Assembly (NCBI GenBank): GCA_039815185.1
Contig: JBCBZT010000027.1
Location: 1-64,000, forward strand
Source: Cyanobacteria bacterium P01_A01_bin.123
Lineage (GTDB): Bacteria > Cyanobacteriota > Cyanobacteriia > Phormidesmidales > Phormidesmidaceae
Length of the DNA stretch: 64,000 nucleotides
Direction: 5' to 3'
The notes beneath the pieces are model-generated. The model worked only from the letters and a program-made list of their open reading frames with translations. It did not search any database and had not been told where the DNA came from. This document shows, in pieces, positions 59,948-64,000 of this stretch (positions are counted from its first letter, which is position 1; every line of letters begins with the position of its first letter). The translations under genes were made by a program, and so were the position numbers.

Positions 59948-60355
59948 CTGTATCTATATCTCGCTGTTCACATCGGACTGGGTAAACGCGGCTGTTAAAA
60001 CAGCTCCCCTTACTTGATATAACTCATGTGAGCAAAGCTCTTATGCCTTAAAGTTAAGGTTGTTCAGAAGCTTAAAAAATAATGCGTTCTTAGCACCAAT
60101 GACTTTATAAGGCTAGGTGATCTTACAGGTTTTCTGGACTAGGTTTCTATCTGTAATTGTCTACGCTTGGTCGTTAACGCGTAGTTGCAGAGGTGAATCC
60201 AGCGCCTATTGATACTTTGTACCGAGTGCTGCGGATTAATTGCTTAGTTGATTGTGCAGGGAGTCGGTATTGAAATTAGATGCGTTATTTACCCTGGCTG
60301 CATTTTCAAGCAAGCGACTCAGTAAAAGACTGAGAATCACTAGCAGAAATAGCTG

Positions 60356-60535
60356 ATGGATACGAGCGGGCTCTGTTGCAAAAACAGGGTATCGATCGTT
60401 ATCAAAGACGAGCAGCGCGGCCCTGACTTTCGGTGGTGCAACATTCCCCAACTCAAAGCGATCGCGTCGCTGTACCGAGTGCCAAAGTACAACCGCCTGC
60501 GTAAGGCCGAACTGGTGGCAGCACTGAGCGGGTGA
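60356..60535 (+). CDS. Small protein or fragment with Rho N-terminal (HeH)-like motif
   Basis: Hand translation ends NIPQLKAIASLYRVPKYNRLRKAELVAALSG. Confidence 0.45.
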   Translation: MDTSGLCCKNRVSIVIKDEQRGPDFRWCNIPQLKAIASLYRVPKYNRLRKAELVAALSG

Positions 60536-60865
60536 GTCTACCGGGGTGGGCAAGTGGCGCAGTTAAACCCCGTGACCGATGCCAGTACATCCAATCGTGA
60601 CCGATACCAGTACATCTAATAACGAGGACTAGAAATGACTTCAACAACCCACAAGCAACCTACATAATCCAGGGGCAACCACAGCACTGAGCTGAGGACC
60701 ATGACGGTTCAGAGTTACTGCGGCTCTACCACGTGCATCGAATTCGAGGGGCGTCTTATCAGTATCGATTAAGGGCCAAGCCGAAGCCTAACCCCATTTG
60801 AAAACGGCGATCGCGCCACGCGACCAAACGAACGCGATCGCCATCACGCACTAAGGATTCTAGCC

Positions 60866-61465
60866 ATGATTTCCATTCAACAGAAACCATCCCCTCTGCA
60901 TCTAGCAAAGGTTGAGGTAGCTCAGTTACGGAGAGAGTTACAGCTAGTTAGGCTGAGAAACAAGGAATTAGAGGAACAAGCAGGGTTAGACCCCCTCACC
61001 CAAATTGCTAACCGGGGCACCTTCGATCGGTTTTTAAGTCGGGAATGGTCACGGGCAATGCGAGATGGTCACCCCATCTCGATATTGATGATCGACATTG
61101 ACCATTTCAAACGGTTTAACGACACCCACGGTCATATCGAAGGCGATCGTTTGCTCAAGAGACTAGCTAAGGCGTGGTCGTCGGTACCAGAGCGGGCGTG
61201 TGACTTGGTAGCTCGGTATGGCGTTGAAGAGTTCGCAGTCATCCTCCCTGGGACAACTAGCCGGGGTGGCCGCAAAGTTGCCAGGGACATCCTGGCGGTT
61301 ACAAGGCGCATCATTGACCCCATGGGCCAATCCCTCACCTGTTCGATTGGCGTGGCTGCGTGCGTACCCATTAAAGAGATTCAGCCAAAATCCCTCGTTA
61401 GCCTTGCAGACCAACGCTTGCACCGGGCAAAGGCAAAAGGGCGCGATCGCGTGTGGGCCAACTAA
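60866..61465 (+). CDS. GGDEF-domain protein with degenerate active site (GVEEF)
   Basis: DPLTQIANR, IDIDHFKRFNDTHGH, RACD, ARYGVEEF, SIGVA. Confidence 0.9.
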   Translation: MISIQQKPSPLHLAKVEVAQLRRELQLVRLRNKELEEQAGLDPLTQIANRGTFDRFLSREWSRAMRDGHPISILMIDIDHFKRFNDTHGHIEGDRLLKRLAKAWSSVPERACDLVARYGVEEFAVILPGTTSRGGRKVARDILAVTRRIIDPMGQSLTCSIGVAACVPIKEIQPKSLVSLADQRLHRAKAKGRDRVWAN

Positions 61466-61671
61466 ACAATTCCCTGGGTGCCTCTATTTAATAGTTATTA
61501 ATAGTTAGCCCTCCAATTCTCGGTTAGGGCAGTGCATCAAGTTTTCCTTTTCGATTTTGAACTCATTGGGTCGCAAAGTTATCTCTAGCACGCAGTTTGC
61601 CTCAAGTCGAAAGTAGTCAGAATTCATATTTGTTCCTGATAGTATGTACAGGCGTGCATACTATAATTGAG

Positions 61672-61938
61672 ATGGTCTACCAATGGAATAGTGATAAGGC
61701 AGTCGCTAACCTGCGTAAACATGGTGTTGACTTCGCTGATGCGGTGTCAGTTTTCTCAGATGACCTGGCAATTACCATTCCAGATGAGCGATTTGATGAA
61801 GAGCGGTTTGTCACTATCGGTCTTGATGTTTTTGGCAGGGCCTTGGTGGTTGTCTACACGCTACGTGGGGACGAAATTCGAGTCATCTCAGCTCGCAAAG
61901 CAACTCGACAAGAGCGCCGACAATACGAGGAGGGGTAG
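61672..61938 (+). CDS. brnT: BrnT-family toxin
   Basis: YQWNSDKAVANLRKHGVDFADA..EERFVTIG..IRVISARKA. Confidence 0.92.
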   Translation: MVYQWNSDKAVANLRKHGVDFADAVSVFSDDLAITIPDERFDEERFVTIGLDVFGRALVVVYTLRGDEIRVISARKATRQERRQYEEG

Positions 61939-61940
61939 TT

Positions 61941-62198
61941 ATGGAAGCAGAATATGATTTCAGCCAAGGCAGGCGAGGAGCAATCGATTCAACGCCATCA
62001 GGTAAAACCCGCATCACTATTCGGCTAGATGATGAAGTTCTGGCGTGGTTTCGTGAGCAAGTTCATATTGCTGGCGGAGGAAACTACCAGACCTTGATCA
62101 ATGAAGCCCTGCGCCAGCATATTCAGGCAAGTCGTGAACCCCTTGAGGAAATCCTACGAAAAGTTGTTCGTGAAGAGCTTGAACGTATTGAAAGGTAA
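61941..62198 (+). CDS. brnA: BrnA-family antitoxin
   Basis: EYDFSQG..KTRITIRLDDEVLAWF..YQTLINEALR. Confidence 0.92.
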   Translation: MEAEYDFSQGRRGAIDSTPSGKTRITIRLDDEVLAWFREQVHIAGGGNYQTLINEALRQHIQASREPLEEILRKVVREELERIER

Positions 62199-62752
62199 GG
62201 CGTTTGCTAAGGGCTATGAAATGTCAAGCGTTTAGCGTGACGCGACAGCTAGATAGTCGAGTTGCCATCTTTGTGAGCGCGATCGCGTGTGGGCCAACTA
62301 AACAATTCCCTGGGTGCCTCTATCGTTCCGAAAATCAATCACTAAGGTAAACGCTATGACGATTCTGAGTAGACGCGGCGACATGCACCTTAACCGCAAG
62401 ATGGGGAGAAATGTCTCAATTTCTAGAACTCCCATCTCATTGGGATGACGCTTGTTATGAAAAGACCACCAGCAAGGATGATAAACAAACCGTAAGCAAT
62501 TCCAGGCGTGCAACGGCGGGATGATTATACTGATCTCGTCTACCTAATCACCCATATAGGGGTATTAGGCTGACGTATTTCCACCTAAACGCCCAAATCA
62601 GGGAATTAGGCTGAAAAGTTTCTACCTAAACACCTATTTAAGGGAGTTATATGGGACAGTTCTATCTAATTAATAGTTAGGCGCACGCCCTGCGATACTT
62701 TTTGGCTGAGTTAGAATGCTGATAATTATCCGTTTTAGTCTGATAATTTCAA

Positions 62753-64000
62753 ATGTCTAGAGAAAACTCCAAAAATACAGAAAAGTCTGACTCTGAATGC
62801 AAACGTGAAATCTTTAATGAGCTTGATGCTACCATTGGTATTCAAAGTATCTGGGGAGTTTATGGATATACCTATGGTGGGAATGACATGGTCAGCAGTC
62901 ACTTTGAAGCATTAGGTATTTTTTTGAATAGGGTTCTAGATAGTGGGTTAGCGACTTCAAAGTTTCATCGTGAAGAAATAGATGTACATTCTATCCTTAA
63001 CACCGAGCAAGAGATTAGAAATATAATTCAAGCGAATAAGAAGGCAGATGAGCTATTTCTTGCTGCCCTGAGGCAGGAAATGTTATTTGTCGATCACATA
63101 TATGTGCCAGATATAGAATACTCGACTTTACTCAATGAAGGGATAGAAGAACTTTCTACCCTCCATGATGAGGGAATTATAAAATTAGCAACACTTGGGG
63201 ATGTCGATCAATCAGAATACTCTTTGCAGGATGATGGAATACTAAGAGTAACCAGCACTTTCTCTATGGACGGCCATGAATTATATGAGGCTGTCCAAAA
63301 AGCTGATGATGAGATGATGGATTATCAGTATTGCTTGATGATGCTCCTTTTAGGTCTGAGCGAAGAAAATATTAGAACAGAATATAGAAATGAAAGGAAA
63401 AAGGAAATATTCCGAAACATGAAATCCTGGGGTATTCCAAGAGCAACCAAAGAGTATCTCAATGCTGGCAGTCTTATGCATGATCTTCAAACAAGATTAT
63501 GGTGCCAACTAGCGTTTGATCGATATGGAGTAATGCCTATTCCGCTCGTCAATACATTTTCACAATATGACAAGCTCCCTAAAAAGATTAAAGGTAAACA
63601 GGTAGGATATCAAGATGTTGTTCACTTAGTCTTAAAACAGATTCCAATGCCTAGTCTTGAGATGCCTCTTGATGAGTTCATTGACTTTCGAAGATCTGCT
63701 GAGCATAGAAATAGTTTTTATTCCTTGAAAAGATGGATGCGAAAAATCGGGAAAAGTAACATTACTCTTATTGAGTTGGAAGAAGAGTTAGAATACCTAA
63801 TTTCAGAATATGAATCTTTTATGAGGCTTCAGAAACTAAAAATAGAAACTGGAGCTTTTCAGACGATCCTTACGACCGGAGGAGATATCGTTGAGAATAT
63901 AATTAAGCTCAACTTTAGTAAAGCAGCAAAAGGCGCCTTTGATCTGAAAAGAAGAAAAATTGCACTAATGGAAGTAGAAAAAGAAGCGCCGGGAAGAGAA
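62753..64000 (+). CDS. Hypothetical AT-rich protein, 3'-truncated by the window edge
   Basis: Frame from ATG 62753 (MSRENSKN..) reads to the edge (..EVEKEAPGRE); no family recognised. Confidence 0.7.
   Translation, partial: MSRENSKNTEKSDSECKREIFNELDATIGIQSIWGVYGYTYGGNDMVSSHFEALGIFLNRVLDSGLATSKFHREEIDVHSILNTEQEIRNIIQANKKADELFLAALRQEMLFVDHIYVPDIEYSTLLNEGIEELSTLHDEGIIKLATLGDVDQSEYSLQDDGILRVTSTFSMDGHELYEAVQKADDEMMDYQYCLMMLLLGLSEENIRTEYRNERKKEIFRNMKSWGIPRATKEYLNAGSLMHDLQTRLWCQLAFDRYGVMPIPLVNTFSQYDKLPKKIKGKQVGYQDVVHLVLKQIPMPSLEMPLDEFIDFRRSAEHRNSFYSLKRWMRKIGKSNITLIELEEELEYLISEYESFMRLQKLKIETGAFQTILTTGGDIVENIIKLNFSKAAKGAFDLKRRKIALMEVEKEAPGRE

Larger units (their letters stand above)
61441..62323. repeat. 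47-bp perfect direct repeats (61441-61487, 62277-62323) flanking the toxin-antitoxin pair
   Basis: GCGCGATCGCGTGTGGGCCAACTAAACAATTCCCTGGGTGCCTCTAT at both positions. Confidence 0.9.

Noticed and set aside
1..64000. High density of GCGATCGC
   Set aside because: Ordinary cyanobacterial HIP1; informative only for taxonomy and as an insertion target

Overview
Cyanobacterial DNA (abundant HIP1 GCGATCGC). About 56 kb (2.6-59 kb) is a secondary-metabolite island built around ribosomal peptide (RiPP-like) precursors. I count 26 precursor-like genes, 13 of them missing from the ORF track and translated by hand. They fall into five core classes: (1) cassette precursors of repeated double-Gly leader + variable core + near-invariant NHNE(T) motif (31 cassettes in 11 genes); (2) acidic 12-mer cores (K/R)xKED(D/N)xP(I/V/L)xxx; (3) PINIVRNG cores; (4) Nif11-leader WSGSPRCLEG cores; (5) microviridin-like precursors beside an MvdD-type ATP-grasp ligase. 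Interleaved genes encode a heme-oxygenase-like diiron oxidase (HDO)-cupin fusion, two degenerate HDOs, a precursor-GRAS fusion, a ScyB-like dehydrogenase, a TPR protein and three HTH-NB-ARC-WD40 proteins, each divergent from a precursor block. There is also a men operon lacking menC/menH and a FAAL-desaturase/ACP/reductase/Rieske operon ending in LanM. A shared 32-bp motif (TTCCCKA-N4-TTCYCGATT-N6-TAN3T) precedes six of these units, plus one degenerate copy, suggesting one regulon. The island also has segmental duplications, 24-nt in-frame insertions into HIP1 sites, a MITE-like element and IS relics. Right of a tRNA-Phe 3' fragment (59.55 kb) lies the likely end of a separate integrated element (degenerate GGDEF, BrnT/BrnA). 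Family calls are from motif recognition, not database searches.
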